NCBI RefSeq assembly: GCF_018977255.1
Contig: NW_024704742.1
Coordinates: 49,354,001-49,418,000, forward strand
Source: Callorhinchus milii
Taxonomy: Eukaryota
Direction: 5' to 3'
Length of the DNA stretch: 64,000 nt
The stretch's first letter is position 1, and each line of letters starts with the position of its first letter. Made by a program: the position numbers and the translations under genes. The notes beneath the pieces were generated by a model. It was not told where the DNA came from. It saw only the letters and a program-made list of their open reading frames with translations, and searched no databases. This document shows positions 62,928-64,000 of the stretch, piece after piece.

Positions 62928-64000
62928 TACAGCTTGGAAAGCTTTATCATCTACAACTACATTGAAACTATCTTACATAGATAAACTTGACAGAGCCAGT
63001 ACAAGGAAATGTGTAGCATCTATAGCATTCAACATGATTTTCAGATAATCAAATTAATATGATATGGTATGGTAGGGGTATTATTAAACAAATGAAGTGA
63101 AACCCTTATTCATACAATATGAAAGGAACATGGTGAGAACAAATTGCAGATAGAATTAAATTAACAAGGAGCATTGAATGCGTTGCAATATTTACAAAAC
63201 TACTTACAATTTATATTACAATTGCAGAAACATTAACAGCACATATTACTGAAGTGACAGGACTATTTTCAGGAGTGTATATGTAATAATAAAACAATCC
63301 TTGCATTTGATATAACACCTATCCTGTCATTGAAATATCCCAAAGCAATTCATAGGATTTAGTGTAAATTGCAGGTGAATAGTAAACAATGGCAGAACTG
63401 GTTACAATGTGTATAATTAAAAAACAATTAAACTGTATTCATAATATAAAAGGCAGACCTAGTAAAGTTTACAGTATATGTTTAAAAGAACAGTTACAAT
63501 ATTTAATGTATGGTATAGCACTTCTGACATAAGTGACATAACTTCATAATTACAATGACTCTATCAACAGGACCTCTTATTCAAATCACATATCATGTAA
63601 AGTACATCTAATTGATGTCATGGGAATACTTATGATATATGTACAATAAAATCAATGGTAAGGTTTATATTTTCCATAATACAAATAATAAGGTTATTTT
63701 AAACAAATAATATGAATGACAAAGATGTTTACAGAATAATAACTAAATCTGACAGACCGACAGCAAGACTCACAGTTGGTCGACTGAGCACACAAACAGA
63801 TAGTCAGGTTTTAATGCTGGCAGAAGGAGAAGCAGGCAGCAGAACAGACAGGAATAGAGTGGGCAGCAGGCAGACTGTGGGAGTGGACAGGAAGGTGTTT
63901 TAAAACACAGCAGCTGTAAAACAAATAGGCTGCACAGCAAGGTGGACAAGTTGTGGATGGGCTGTTCAGTTGTATGAATAGGCAGTCTGGACCAGACTTG

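Noticed and set aside
63000..64000. 3'UTR or last exon of a neighbouring minus-strand gene
   Set aside because: Only compositional hints. No recognisable coding sequence of any neighbour gene in the window.

Overview
Repeat-dense vertebrate genomic DNA. The mix of L2, CR1, Penelope, tRNA-SINE and Deu-SINE families suggests a cartilaginous fish, possibly a chimaera (inference). The only intact cellular gene I can support is GRXCR1 (hair-cell glutaredoxin/cysteine-rich protein) on the + strand: 4 coding exons (29985-30395, 39416-39655, 44368-44433, 48570-48749), 298 aa, all GT-AG phase-0 introns. Most of the rest is transposon-derived: young and old L2 LINEs, CR1 3' fragments, two SINE families with L2-type tails, a Penelope-like element with a decayed hammerhead, Helitron-like termini, a hAT-type MITE, and eroded RTE-like, Harbinger-like, Gypsy-like and Tx1-like fossils. 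The most unusual signal is a ~560-bp, A-tailed, hairpin-rich interspersed element with no tRNA head, found at about nine places, which I cannot assign to a named family. Other points of note: the GRXCR1 stop codon coincides with an antisense SINE tail, three young L2 copies share a C-terminal frameshift, and a possible decayed sushi-domain gene lies at the left edge. Repeat boundaries were read by eye and are approximate (about +/-20 bp). No database searches or folding programs were run.
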